64,000 bases of DNA from positions 50,778,001 to 50,842,000 of the forward strand of contig OX597815.1 of assembly GCA_951406725.2 (NCBI GenBank), given 5' to 3'. The DNA comes from Octopus vulgaris. Taxonomy: Eukaryota. Positions within the stretch are counted from its first letter, which is position 1; every line of letters begins with the position of its first letter. Positions 11,686-24,256 of the stretch are shown here, in pieces. Both the position numbers and the translations under genes were made by a program. Below the pieces are notes generated by a model. The model did no database searches. It saw only the letters and a program-made list of their open reading frames with translations, and had not been told where the DNA came from.

Positions 11686-14212
11686 CCTATCTCCATTACT
11701 TGCTTCATCACAGTAAAGAGAAATAGTGGAGAAACAATCTGTGCAAGAATGTTTTCCTCTATCATCGCTAGCAGCCAAGAACAGAATTTATTGCTCTTGG
11801 AAAAAAATAAGTAAATAAATATATGAATAAATAAATAAATGGTTGGGAGTAGGAAGAGGAAGATTCCTTTCTCAATGGAAATTTTACTGTTTTAAAGCTG
11901 TAATAATTTTTATTTATTTATTTATTTTTCTTTTTGCAATGCAAAAATGTGTGTATATATTTGCATTACAAGAATAAGAAAATGAATGTAGGTCCCACAA
12001 TCAAAAAATATTATCTAGAAGGCCATCAGAGTCCTACAACAAATTCAATTTCATTTAAAGTCAATATTCTATTTCTCTAATCTTGACTTTGACTTTTTCT
12101 TCCTCCCAATATTATTGAATGATTTTGCTGTCATCATGAAACATACTATTCATCAAACACTGATTTCAGTTGAGTGAAGCTTTGTATAAACTACTTGTAG
12201 TACAACAGTATGTAAATCATATGGATGTAAATGCTGTGAATAAACTCTGTCTTTATTTCTTTCCTTCTTGTTCTTCCTCTGCTTGTGTATGTGTATATAA
12301 ATAGGTGAACTTAGATGGTTGAGTTGATACTATAACTGACAGCCAGCCAAGAGGTCGGTAGTTCATATCCTGTTCCTTTCACTCTTTTGAGTCTGTATTC
12401 TTAGTAGTTTGTAAGAATTGCATAGTTGCTATTAGCAGTGTACCAATGTTATAATAAGGTCTTACATCATGACCATTCAGTTAAAAAAAGCAAAATGTAA
12501 AATTTCATGTAAATGTATTTGCCATCCGTGTAGAAATGGAAAATTGTCAATTTTGTGGGAACAGGTTTTGTATTTTTATGATATAGAAGAGAGGGAGAGA
12601 GAGAGAGAGCAGGAAAGAAAATAATTTGTGCATTATCATGGGAATCATGGTAACAATGAATGAAGATGGTAGAAAGGTATGTTGTTTCTGAGTAGAGAAG
12701 AGTGGAAATATGCAAGTAACGAATAGTAAGCAGCAGAGTTAGTCAATGTAAGTGCACATGTGTATGAACATAACAATATGTGTATACTTGTGAGCTTATG
12801 AGAGGCCCAAGTTGTGCAAATGTGTATGCATGTATGTGTGTATATTCATCGGGGAGGGATGTGTCTGGCTTAAAGAAGATGAGAAGGAAATGGAGATAAT
12901 ATAAAATGTTGTTGATGTTAAGTGGAAAGGATGTGCCCAGTTAGAATCAAGTCATTCTCAAAGTAGCCAAGTAGAAGAGGAACCATGGTGCAGTTTATAA
13001 GCCAAGTATCTTAATCTCATAGATCTATATTCATAGATATAAATTCACAATAAGATAGTTATAACATATCTTTAAAAGTAAGTTTTTCAACAATAAAATT
13101 AATATGTTTATATTATCTTTTGGTAAAGTAACTGAATGTAGGTATACTGTAAAGTTATACTGTGTGCAATTAACTATGTGCACAGATATATGTATTTATA
13201 TAGATACATTGACTTATTACTGACTATCAAATGATGTTTATTCCTCATTTCCTACCTGGAACTTTCTTGGTTATTTTTTTAAGCCTGTTCTGTTATAATC
13301 ACCAATATTTATATATCATACCTGTGTGTTTAGATCAACTCTTGATTATTTAGTTTTATATATGATAGTTAGTCAAGGAAGGGGCAGCATCTTTGATCTT
13401 TGAGGATCTACAAAGGCTAATAGGATGAATGTGGTTGATGTTCAACTTAAATTTTTGTAGGTTGATGCCTGTAAAAAAAATATAGACAGAGAAAGAATTC
13501 CAGAGAGTCCTAGGTTTGGGAAGGTAAAATGTTAAGCTGGAGATTTAGACAATGAGATACAAGAGGCTCTATTGGGTGGGGTTGGAAAGGTTGACATTTT
13601 GCTAATTCTGAACATAAGTAGCCATTTCAATAGTGACAGAAAAGGCAGAGAAAAACAATAACAATACACATATAAACCAGTGATTGTAGCAAATTTGACA
13701 ATCTGTTGGGTGAGCTTGTTTTGGGTATTTAGGATGTGTTCCTACAGTGCATATGAGATATGTATTCTGGTATCATATACATGAGACTTGTCTGAGCTCA
13801 TTGATTATAGCCAAGAAATGGTTGTGTTCATACTTTCTTGGACAAATGGATGAAACATTTTGGATAGTTCATTTATAACTCATCTGTTTATACCTGCAAA
13901 AAATTATGAAAATCATGACAAACTCTTCAAGTTCCTACATTTGGATTTTTTTACTGTTTATGTTTTGAAGATGATTAAAAATAGCTGTTGTTAAATTAAT
14001 AACTTTGTTTAGGTCTGAAAACTAAGGACTTTTATGTGTAATCCCAGTGCAATTTCTTTTATATTTTTTTGCCATTTCTGACATCATGTATCTCTTTGCA
14101 ACATAAATTATAAAGATAAATGTACAGTTTTTCAATATATAATTTAAATCATTTGAGGCTGTTTTACTTGCACTGGCATGTTGTTGTTTTTATATTTAGT
14201 TTTGGTTCATTA

Positions 14213-14370
14213 TGTTTGAAGTTCAGATTCAGCTGATCTCAACTTGGCTTTTCATCTTTCCAGTGGGCAGATTCAATAAAATATTAGGATTAATGTATTA
14301 GGGCTTAACTCAATTGTCTATACTCCTCCCCTTATTAATTTGTGGTTTTGTGCCCATATTACAAATCTAT
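14213..14370 (+). mobile_element. Old degenerate copy of SINE family A
   Basis: gttcagattc...cttttcatctttcc...ctcccc...ttttgtgccc matches the better copies at 18620 and 35188. Confidence 0.55.
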
Positions 14371-15553
14371 TACTATCACAGTTGCATTACCAAAAACCAT
14401 ATCTTTCAGTTCTTTTGTGCACCATTCTTGATATCTTCTAAGTCTTCATATAACTGAATGCAATTAGGCTTTATAACTAAGCCATGAAGTACTTTAGCCA
14501 GTCTATCACCATGCCTGTGTATGTTCTAAATTATTGTTAATCATGAACCTGTGAGTGTATGCAGAACTATTGACACACATATACTGCAACTTTATCCACT
14601 CAAAAAAGAAGTCTGAAAAATCTTATTGATTGAGTCTTGTCTTTACTGGTAATCATTTAAAACTTCTATCATTAACCATGTTTGGAATGATTTTTATTAA
14701 TCAATAGTTTACACTTTTTAGACCAGTCAAGTGAATGAAATTATTAATTATTTATTCCTTACACACTATGTCAAAGAATGCTGGGCAAAGCAATTGCTTT
14801 GTGATGTTTATTTGAAAAATACATAATTGTTTAATCAAATGGATATTCTTATAAAGAGTTGCATTTTAGGTAACTTCATGATTGTTTTATTAGATCTTGT
14901 AATGAAATCAATTGCTAAGGATAATAAATTTCTTGTAAGTTATAATTTTAAATGATCAATATTTAAATTTTGTTTTTCACCAATTTGTATGACACATATA
15001 AGGTTAGGGCTTCAAATAAACTCACCATTGATATGCTGTTGATTTCAAAATTGTTGTCAAATTATGATTGTCTTGATAAAAAGCATATCACTCTATTACT
15101 TGCTTTTATATTTGATTTTTTTCTTTTTTTCTTTACTGCTATAATTTTCAAAGAAAACCAATCAAGCATAAATGGTCTATCAATCCCTTATTTAAAGACA
15201 AATCAATCTTTTGCATTATTAAATATTTATGTTATTTATAATTGGAGACCTTTTTTTCTAAAAGTGTTTAAGTCACATGCAAATCCATGTGACTTAGGAA
15301 GTAGGGTCTTTATTGATAGTATCCATTACAGATGATGTTTTTAAATGCATAAAAAAATCTTTTGATTAGTTATCTTGTTCAGCATAAAGAAATCCTCCCC
15401 TCTATGGCAATGCCTCTAGATATGTTTTCATTTAATTTTATTGTTTTGTTTTACTGCTAATCAGTGGCATTATGTCAACAAAGACCACCCGTACTGAGGA
15501 CTTTTGCTGTTATTATATCTTTAAAGTTGACTCCGAGAAATAATCAAACTAAA

Positions 15554-15585
15554 GTGACAGTAATCTTTGACAAGATTACTGTCAC
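15554..15585. other. Perfect 14-bp inverted repeat with 4-nt spacer
   Basis: GTGACAGTAATCTT-TGAC-AAGATTACTGTCAC; the arms are exact reverse complements. Confidence 0.95.
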
Positions 15586-18323
15586 CATTTTTCAAAGTGG
15601 GCTGTCTTTATGTCAATCTGGATAATTCTCAGGAACCCAGATATATTCTCATTACTGATTAAAGGTTTCCACTAGGTATTTATTTATCTATTGTTTTAGA
15701 TAGTACTTTTATATATCAGATTATGTGATGAAGAAAATATCTGCCTGTCACCATGAATTTTCCTCTTAAGGTAGTGAATCTTGTATTCTTTTTCAATAAC
15801 CTTAAATTAAAATATAGAGATCTAAATTTTTGAAAACTGACATCAACAAAACAACCTCTGTGTATGTATATTATCTATATACCCATTTATCTATCATACA
15901 CACACATGTATTTGTACATATGTGTGTTTATGTGTATTTATATACACACACATACATGCATGTCATCCATTACCAAGAGACTAGTGTTTTGAGGCAAAGT
16001 ATTTCAATTAATATCTCTATTACCAGACTGAATCAGAGGGATAAAATATATATCACCATAGTATTACTATAATGCAGCAAGAAGAAGGCTATTTTAGACT
16101 TGTTTTAAGATAATATTTTAATAAATTACTGTTGTGCATTTTATTTTAATATTTGAAATGCTTGATATAATTTTACAATAGAAAACATTGAGGATTATTC
16201 ATTAATTCAAGATATATATCAGAAACATCTCTTAAAAACAAAATTAATTATTGCTTTAATTACTATAGGTGATATTTTCAGTATTCTGATTACATACATA
16301 TGTACACACAAATATATGTAAAACCAAATTTACTAAAGTGTTTATATTGTCTACTTTTTCTCAAATCATTTCCTTTTTCTTTCACATTTCTAACAAAACA
16401 GCAATTAGTTATATCCTTTAGCATTACACAAAGATCCATAGCTCTCTCTCTCTCTCTCCCCCTCTCATCCTGTTTACTTATCCTTCTCCCATGGCTTTTT
16501 TTCCCACTGTCTTCCATTATTTATTTCCTACTTGATTATTTCATCATTCAATATTAGTCTCATAAATGCATTGAGTTGGATAAAGCAACAGAGCAACTGC
16601 CTTACAATATTTAATCTTAAATCTTTCACTTCAAATCTCTCTGGTGTCAATTTTATCTTTTAGCTGGTTGTATCCAATGAAATAAGCAGCAATAAGGAAC
16701 TGGGATCATTTTATTTACTATAGCCTCCTTCTACTAAAATATTAGTTTTGAAATTTTATTTGATTTCTAGATCAGTATTGATATATAGGGTAGTTGGCTT
16801 CTACTGGTTACTTCCATAAGCAATGCAGTTTGGCAATGATGATAAGTCAACATGTGAAAAACTTTTTCTTATAATACATAAGTCTCAGTTTATTTCAATT
16901 ATTTTAATATATTAATTTAAATGATATCAAGGAACTAGATTTCACAAAGATTTAACTGTACATTTAAAGGATATTCTTATTTGAAATCAACATCATCCAT
17001 ATTGTCATGGTTACAATCATTATACATTATCATCATCATCTTTTGTTTCACACTGCTTTGGGTTGAAGTTCCTTCAACACATATTCATTCATGTTGATCA
17101 TATCCCTAGTGTTACTATTCTCAGATATGACTTCACTATTTACCCCCACCCCACCCCACACTGATTTGGTTTTTGATCTACCTTTATTAAAGGTTCCTTC
17201 TACAATCTATTTACTCTCTTCACTTATCTCATGCTGTCTATTAAAATCAGACAGCAATCCAATCATCCTCTCTTGTTCACATTTAACTTCTTCACACCAT
17301 TACATGTTGCACATCCAATGGATCATGCTCAACCCTTTCTCAATCAGCCTGTGCCAAACTTCACCATCACCTGTGTTACACTATTATACAACATTACTTT
17401 TTCTTAAACATATTCCATTCAGTCTTCCCATTTTACAGACATATTAAAATTAACCTATATTTGGTGAATACAACATGCACTTTTCATGCATATACTTCAC
17501 AGAATGTAACACACATACATTCACATATAAGCATAAAATCTCTAAATGTTAAAGTATTGTTTAAGTATTAATGTAATTATGGATTAATCTTTTAGAATAA
17601 AATTAATTGCCTAATTTTAGTGCATCATTTCCATCTTTCTTAATTACTTAAAGTAAACTGATTTGTCATTAGTGAAAGTGTCCCAAAATTTTAATCAGTC
17701 AATCTGAAAATTATTCCTAATTTTCTTCAATTGTCATTTACTTGCTCAAAAAAATGTATCTGCATGTTGGAAATACAATTTAAATACTTAATTCTTATTT
17801 GATCTTTCCTTATTTAATATTCATTTATTTATTGTAAGATTAAGTAAATTGCTTACAATCAATTTCTTGAATGCAAGCATGTAAAATGATAATATTTTAT
17901 TGACAAAATGCTACTTAAGTCTTAAAGAACACTGACTTGATTTATTTCCGATATATGATTTGGAAAGGAACTGTTGTTATGTGATTGTTTTCAACCAGTG
18001 TCCAGTACATTTATTTAAATGATAAGCTTTATAAACTGGTAATGTGACACATGTATACATACATATATGTTATGTATTTGTGTATGTGCATGCTTGTGTG
18101 TGTGTGTATGTTGATAATACGATTACCTTAATCAGGAGATTAAGGAGATCATTTATGCAAAGAAGGACTCAATATATTTGATTATATGTGCAATAAAATA
18201 TTTATTTGAATACAGAGCATCAAATGATTGCACAATGATTTTGAAACTGATTGGTCCAAGCTTATCAATTTCTCACCAGAGATATGATGAGAAATCAATC
18301 ATCTTGGACTTATAGTAATAGTG

Positions 18324-18557
18324 AAGGTGGTGCATTGGGAGAGTAGCTAGAGTCAGACAAATATCTTGCAGTATTATGACTCTTTATATTTAAAGTTCAA
18401 ATTCTGCCAAGTTCAACTTCCACTTTTATCCCTCTGGAGTTAACAAAATATAATATTAATCAGGAACTGGGGTGAATAAAATTGACTGATCATCCACCCA
18501 TCAATCCACTCCCACAAAAATTCAGGCTTTGTGCCTTAGAAGCAGTTATTTATTATT
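18324..18557 (+). mobile_element. SINE family A, old copy
   Basis: aaggtgg...gttcaaattctgccaagttcaactt...ctgggg...caggctttgtgcc followed by a (TTA)n tail. Confidence 0.7.
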
Positions 18558-18610
18558 AGTCGTAGTAGATTGTGTTGCTGTTTGAAATTATTATTGTTGT
18601 TATTATTATA

Positions 18611-19562
18611 TCATGAAAAAAGGTGGCGAGCTTGCAGAATGGTTAGGATGCTGGGCAAAATGCTTAGTGGTATTTCACCCTTCTTTACATTCTGAGTTCA
18701 AATTCCGCCGAGGTCAACTTTACCTTTCATCCTTTCAGGGTTAAGTACTAGTCAAGTTCTGGGGTCAACGTGATCGACTTACCCACTCCCCGCAAGTTAC
18801 AGGCCTTGTGCCTATAGTAGAAAGGATTACTAAGTCATGAAAAGTTTTAGCTTTATTTTGCTGGGTATGATGGAAAGTGTCAGCTGTCCACAGCCAGCAG
18901 ACTAAGGGGACACTTGTTTACTAATCATGCTTCAAGAACCCTGTGGAGAACTCTTGCAGTTCCATGCAATGATGATTTTTGTTGGTGTTTTATCTTCGTA
19001 TTTGCTCCAATGTTTTTGAGTCACGTTAGTATTTGAGCACCAATCACTATTCGTATCGCATCCACTTTTTTCATTACCCACAACCTGTGTATTTCTCACT
19101 TCAGTTTATCATAGTTGCTCACTTCCTCTTCCATCCTGTTGTCACCAGGACATGGTTTGTTAATTATCAGGCATGTTTTTTTCTTTTCTATTCACTACAG
19201 CATTGTCAGGTTTCTGATGTTTAATCTGATGGTCACACTGAAACATTGCATCCCACTGGATTTTGAAATCCTCTTTCTCAGTAATTCCTTCTAGGATTTG
19301 GTCATACCACGTCTTTGATCATTCTTGGCCATCATTTCCACAAACCTCTCAATGGATCATTCTTGCCACATTGTCATGTTGCCTTTTGTATTCACATTGT
19401 TCCAGTTTGGGGTATTCACTAGTAATGTGTCACACTGTTTCGCTCATCTCATTACACATTCTGCATTTCACACTCCCAGTTTTATCAATTCTGCTCTTCA
19501 GATAGTTTGTCTTCAATGCTTGCTCTTGTGCCACATGTATAATTACTTCTGTTTCTAAGTCA
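18611..19562 (-). mobile_element. 5'-truncated R4/Dong-like RLE non-LTR retrotransposon, decayed and interrupted by a SINE in its 3' UTR
   Basis: Minus-strand translation gives AQEQALKTNY..KCRMCNEMSETV*HITSE (CCHC knuckle remnant), YKRQHDNVA (RHD-like motif), QKPD (RLE) and ..GTARVLHRVLEA*, with the stop at about 18925. Both ends abut TAA-containing repeats. Confidence 0.75.
18620..18834 (+). mobile_element. SINE family A (tRNA-like head, Meta/MESC-like centre) with 9-bp TSD
   Basis: B-box-like GAGTTCAAATTC and centre cctttcatcctttcagggt...aagtac...ctggggtc. Flanked by tcatgaaaa at 18611-18619 and 18835-18843. Confidence 0.85.
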
Positions 19563-19563
19563 A

Positions 19564-19593
19564 TTGTTGTTGTTGTTGTTGTTCTTCTTCTTC

Positions 19594-19634
<41 letters not shown>

Positions 19635-19695
19635 GTTATTGTTGTTGTTGTAGTAGTAGTAGTAGTAGTAGTTGTTATTGTAGTAGTAGCAGTTG
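19564..19695. repeat. Compound (TTG)(TTC)(TTA)(GTA) microsatellite
   Basis: Visible directly in the sequence. Confidence 0.95.
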
Positions 19696-21504
19696 TGTTA
19701 ACATTAATTTTGGCCATATTTACAAGTACTATGAAATAGGAAGTAACTTTAATTCCTAATTTTAATAACTCTGCTGTTCTTACATCACTCTAGTAAAAGT
19801 ATAAAATGCCACACCTTTCCCATTCCTATGGACAACAGATTTTTAATTCCCAGCAGGAGATATCTATTAAAAAAAAAAAAACACTGCAAGACACCATTAC
19901 AGTAAAACTGCATTGGGAAATGGCCATGCATTTTTGATTATGAGAATTTTGTCATTTAAAAATTATCTTTTATTCAACAAATTGTAAGCTTTATATGTTT
20001 TCAAATAATTTACCATGCCAATTATGCCAGTGAATTTCAATCATTTATATAAAGCTAAAATGACACAAGTAAAAGTGTTCATTATTTGGTGAAGATAACA
20101 GATTTAGTTGTAGCTCATTCTGTTTATATTAAAGATTAATTTATTGCCTCAAATCTAATTATTTTGTCTATAATCTGTTCCATTGTGTCTTATTTATTTA
20201 ATGAAACAAACAAATAAATCTTGTGTTGATATTTGTCAAAGTTTCTTCATCTTTAACCCACCAAACAAAGCTAATTATTCTTATTTTGGCAATAATGACA
20301 TCTTAATGAAAATTGTCATTTCTGTCACAAATTTAGCAAAACTAAAAAAAGCAAGCAGTTTTGTAAATAATAATATCCTACATAAGCGAATGAATAATTG
20401 ATATTTATACTAAATACTAATATATATATATAACCATTTAAGATATCTAAAATGAATTTGAGGAAGATAGTGTTTATTTGAAATATTTCTGATTATCTGT
20501 GGCATATTTTATCTGTCCCTTTTTTAATGGTTTCTTTTACATTTTCTGTTGAACTTATATCATATGCAAATTATCCCTTAGCCCATGGATTGTTAAACAT
20601 TTGCTACAAAAGTTATTCATCTATTATCTGTACATAATGCAAAGCATGATAAATGTGTCGTATGAAAAAGAGCTCACAGTTATTCTTTCACCAACATCGT
20701 GATTTGCTTGGGAACCAAATTCATCTCATGAATTGTGACCTCTTCAGGTGATAGTTTCATGGGAATGATACATGACAAAACATTCCCATTTCTAAGGGCT
20801 TTTAACAATAAAAAATATTATTTTAAGAAAAGAAAATCACTCTCAGCCAATTATGGACTGCATGATCGTTTCAAGCAAGCTTATGATTATCTTTGTGTAA
20901 TAACAAAGTATCAATAAAAAGATAAATTTAGCTTTTAAATACATGAATGGTTTCACTCTCTCTCTCTTCCTTCCTCTTTAACATTTGGACAAATATTAGA
21001 AGCTTTAAAACATTTTATAGTCGACTGACTTTTTATGTTTGTCAAATTACCTAATTTGTGATATTTAGTTTTCTTCAATTGATAAAAATTTATAAAATTA
21101 CGAACAGTTTAATATTTTATAGTTGCTTAATATAACGATTTTGACTATTCAGTTCCTTTTTTTTTGTCTTCTTTTTTTATATCTAAATGAATAAAAATAA
21201 AGTAAAAAAAATTGGAGTCCAATAAAAACTTGAAAACCACATAAAGTACACATCCAAATTATTGACGATGTATTTAGGATATTATCTATTTTCATTAGAA
21301 AAGAAACTAATTACTAAACAATGTAAATCAGCACTTAAAAGAAATTTTCAGTTTGTTGTAATCCTGCTCTAAGTTGAAATAGTTGTTGTACTCCTCCATT
21401 TCTTTTCACAAAGGTTTATCCATGTGGTACAAAAAATCTCATCATAGTCATCATACATCTGTTGTATATCTTGAAACTGGTACTCTAGCTACACTTGCCA
21501 GATT

Positions 21505-21507
<3 letters not shown>

Positions 21508-21554
<47 letters not shown>
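21508..21554. repeat. (CT)n microsatellite
   Basis: Visible directly in the sequence. Confidence 0.95.
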
Positions 21555-21558
<4 letters not shown>

Positions 21559-22983
21559 TTCTAACTACTAATACTTTGGCTCGCACACTTCACTATCTAA
21601 CTTGTACTTATTTTCTTAAGATGGCAGGCTGAGATTTGTAGGAAATTTGACTGCTATTTTTTGCTAGTTAAGCAACCACTTTTGGACCTCATTGTTGGCT
21701 CACTTCGTATTGGGTTGTTTAAATGTATATAAAACTTCTATTTGTTATTGTGCATGGAAAATGGCAATCAATTCCAATATGACTGCTTATGTCTTTAGTT
21801 TTATCAATAATTTACTCCTTGTCTTTTTAAATCAATCTATCATCTATATTTGAAAGATGCCAAAAGTTTTCTGCATAGAACTTTCATTCAGAAACGAACT
21901 ACTTAATCTCTCTATCTTAAACCTTTCTCACATGAACTGTTTCACATTGTTTTACTAGTCTCTTAATCTATACTTCTACTTTCTCTCTCTTCTTTTTGGC
22001 TTCATGGGAATACATACATAATACCCCTCACAAAGCATTTGTGAAGTTATAAGCCGTTTTAAAGACTAATATCTTCAGTTTATGATGCACTATAGTTTGT
22101 GATGAATGAACAAACTTTGTTTTTATTTTTTATAGTTTTGGTGGTGAGGTGGTCAGAAAATCATTAAGAAAAATATATTTCTTTTGATTGGGTTGGAACC
22201 AAACTTTCAAAAATATTTGACCTGTTTCTCACAATATTTACGAATATTATTTTAAATTTTATTTTGTACTCATTTATGTACACTACTGTAGATGAAATCA
22301 CTATCCTATTACAATTACTACCCTATTCACTACCCTATTACAATTACTTCTTAATAATTGAAGGAAAGTGTAGAAAGTTTGGTGAATTCAATTAATGAAT
22401 ACTATTTTGCATATGGTTTAGGATTTCATTAGACAATATATTAAAAACTGTTACTTCTTACATTGGAGTTTTGTTTGAAAATATATTAGAATTTTTAATG
22501 CATCATAATTATAATGTTTAAACAAAGTAGCTTATATAATTTTATATGAACCCCTTCAAAGTGAAACAGCTTGCAATTGTTTTTACTTTAATTCTTGATT
22601 GCATTGTTTAGTAAGTTAGACTTACATGCAAATTTCCATTTGGGAAGGGAGGGATGCTGTGCCCATTTGATTGTTAGCAGCAATGAGAAATGTGACACAT
22701 AATTGAAGACTGTAATCTTAAGTAGCAGGAGGAGTTAGAAAAAAGATATATTTGCTTTAACAAACCTACAAATACATGTTATATTTTATGAATACCTCTC
22801 CTTTGGTAATGATATAATCAATATAATACATGGATTTTTGGCTCTTTAGTATTGTTTAGGGTAGAAAAGATCCATGCCTTTTTATAGAATTTATAGAATT
22901 TAAAATAGATTTTAACAATTAAGGCTGTATTATGTCACATGCTTGTGTGGCAAATTACTCTTATTGTCATCATTATTATTATT

Positions 22984-23206
22984 AAGGTGGCAAGCTGATG
23001 GAATTGTTAGCACGCTGGACAATATGCTTTGCAGCATTTCTTCCTGCTTTACATTCTGATTTCAAATTCTGATGATGTCGACTTTGCTTTTCATCCTTTC
23101 ATAGTTGTTAAAATAAGTACCAGCAGAACACTGGGGTTGATGTAATCGACCTGCCCCCTCCTCTGAATTTGCTGGCCTTGAGCCAAAATTTGAAACCATT
23201 ATTATT
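22984..23206 (+). mobile_element. SINE family A, first of a tandem pair
   Basis: aaggtggcaagctg...ctttcatcctttc...aagtaccag...ctggggttgatgtaatcgac...ggccttg with an (ATT)n tail. Confidence 0.85.
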
Positions 23207-23422
23207 AAGGTTCAGAGCTGGCAGAATCATTAGCATGCCAAGCCAAATGCTTAGCGGCATTTTGTCTATTCTGAGTTAAACTTCCACCAAGGTTGACTTT
23301 GCCTTTCATCCTTCCAGGGTCGATAAAATAAATATCAGTTGACCACTTGGGTTAATTTATCTCCTCCTCCAAAAATGCTGGCATTGTGTCAAAATTCGAA
23401 ATTATTATTATTATTATTATTA
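23207..23422 (+). mobile_element. SINE family A, second of a tandem pair
   Basis: Starts directly after the (ATT)n tail of the first copy; gcctttcatccttccagggtcgataaaat; (ATT)n tail. Confidence 0.85.
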
Positions 23423-24240
23423 ATCTATTTATTTATTCAGTTTCTCATTTATCTGTTGAATATACTACTGCATCTCACTGCCTTCTTTTAATCACCAGAC
23501 TATTTTTTTTTCTTACAGTTAATTGTGAGCTTACAGTTAATTGTGACTTACTAAAGTCTCCCTTTAAATGTTTTTATGTGAAAAAATTAAAACTGGTTAA
23601 AATAAATAGCAATACACACACACACACACATATATTGACATACATGTGTGTGTTCACTGATACAGCTAATAAATACATTCTTACATATGCACACATATGT
23701 ATATATACTGTTCTTTTGTTTTTTTTTATTCATAGTTCATGCAAAAACTAAACTGCTCGTTCTTTTAATTTTAGTTTTACCTCATCTTTTATGGCATTCA
23801 AACACTTCTAATAAATACAAATATCTATTATATTATATTTTATTGATATAAAAAGGATACATTGATTATATAGGATTTATTATATATTGTCAAAGAATTT
23901 ACTGTGTCCAATAGATTTATAATGGTCAGTAAATTTGTTTAGCAAGCTAATGTGGAAAATGTGATATAGTGATTTTTGGCAGTGAAAATATCAATCAACA
24001 ACAGAAATAGCTTCCATTTGTTTGTTCAAAGAAAACAAAATAAAATAACATATTCTTTATGTGTTCTAATTTTTACACTTGCTAAATAAATGTGTTCAAA
24101 AAAAATATATATGAGTCATTTTTTCAGAAGGTTTTGCGATAGATATAAAAATTATATTATTATTTCATGGAGATGGACCTAATTTTTATCTAAAAATACC
24201 ATGCAATAGATTCTCCCCACCTTCCTCCAAAACCACCAGA

Positions 24241-24256
24241 AAGTAATGCATTACTT
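24241..24256. promoter_or_regulatory. Perfect 16-bp palindrome AAGTAATGCATTACTT (TAAT-NN-ATTA homeodomain dimer-type site)
   Basis: The palindrome is seen directly; a regulatory role is inferred only. Confidence 0.3.

Noticed and set aside
12500-13750. Purine-skewed stretches that may be ancient LINE remnants (similarly about 17000-17500, 54930-55720, 60000-60700)
   Set aside because: No diagnostic protein motif could be read by eye, so they are left unannotated.
22300-23550. Short local tandem duplications (22300-22350, 23512-23550; also 47197-47250)
   Set aside because: Two-copy slippage duplications with no array structure; not CRISPR-like or otherwise informative.
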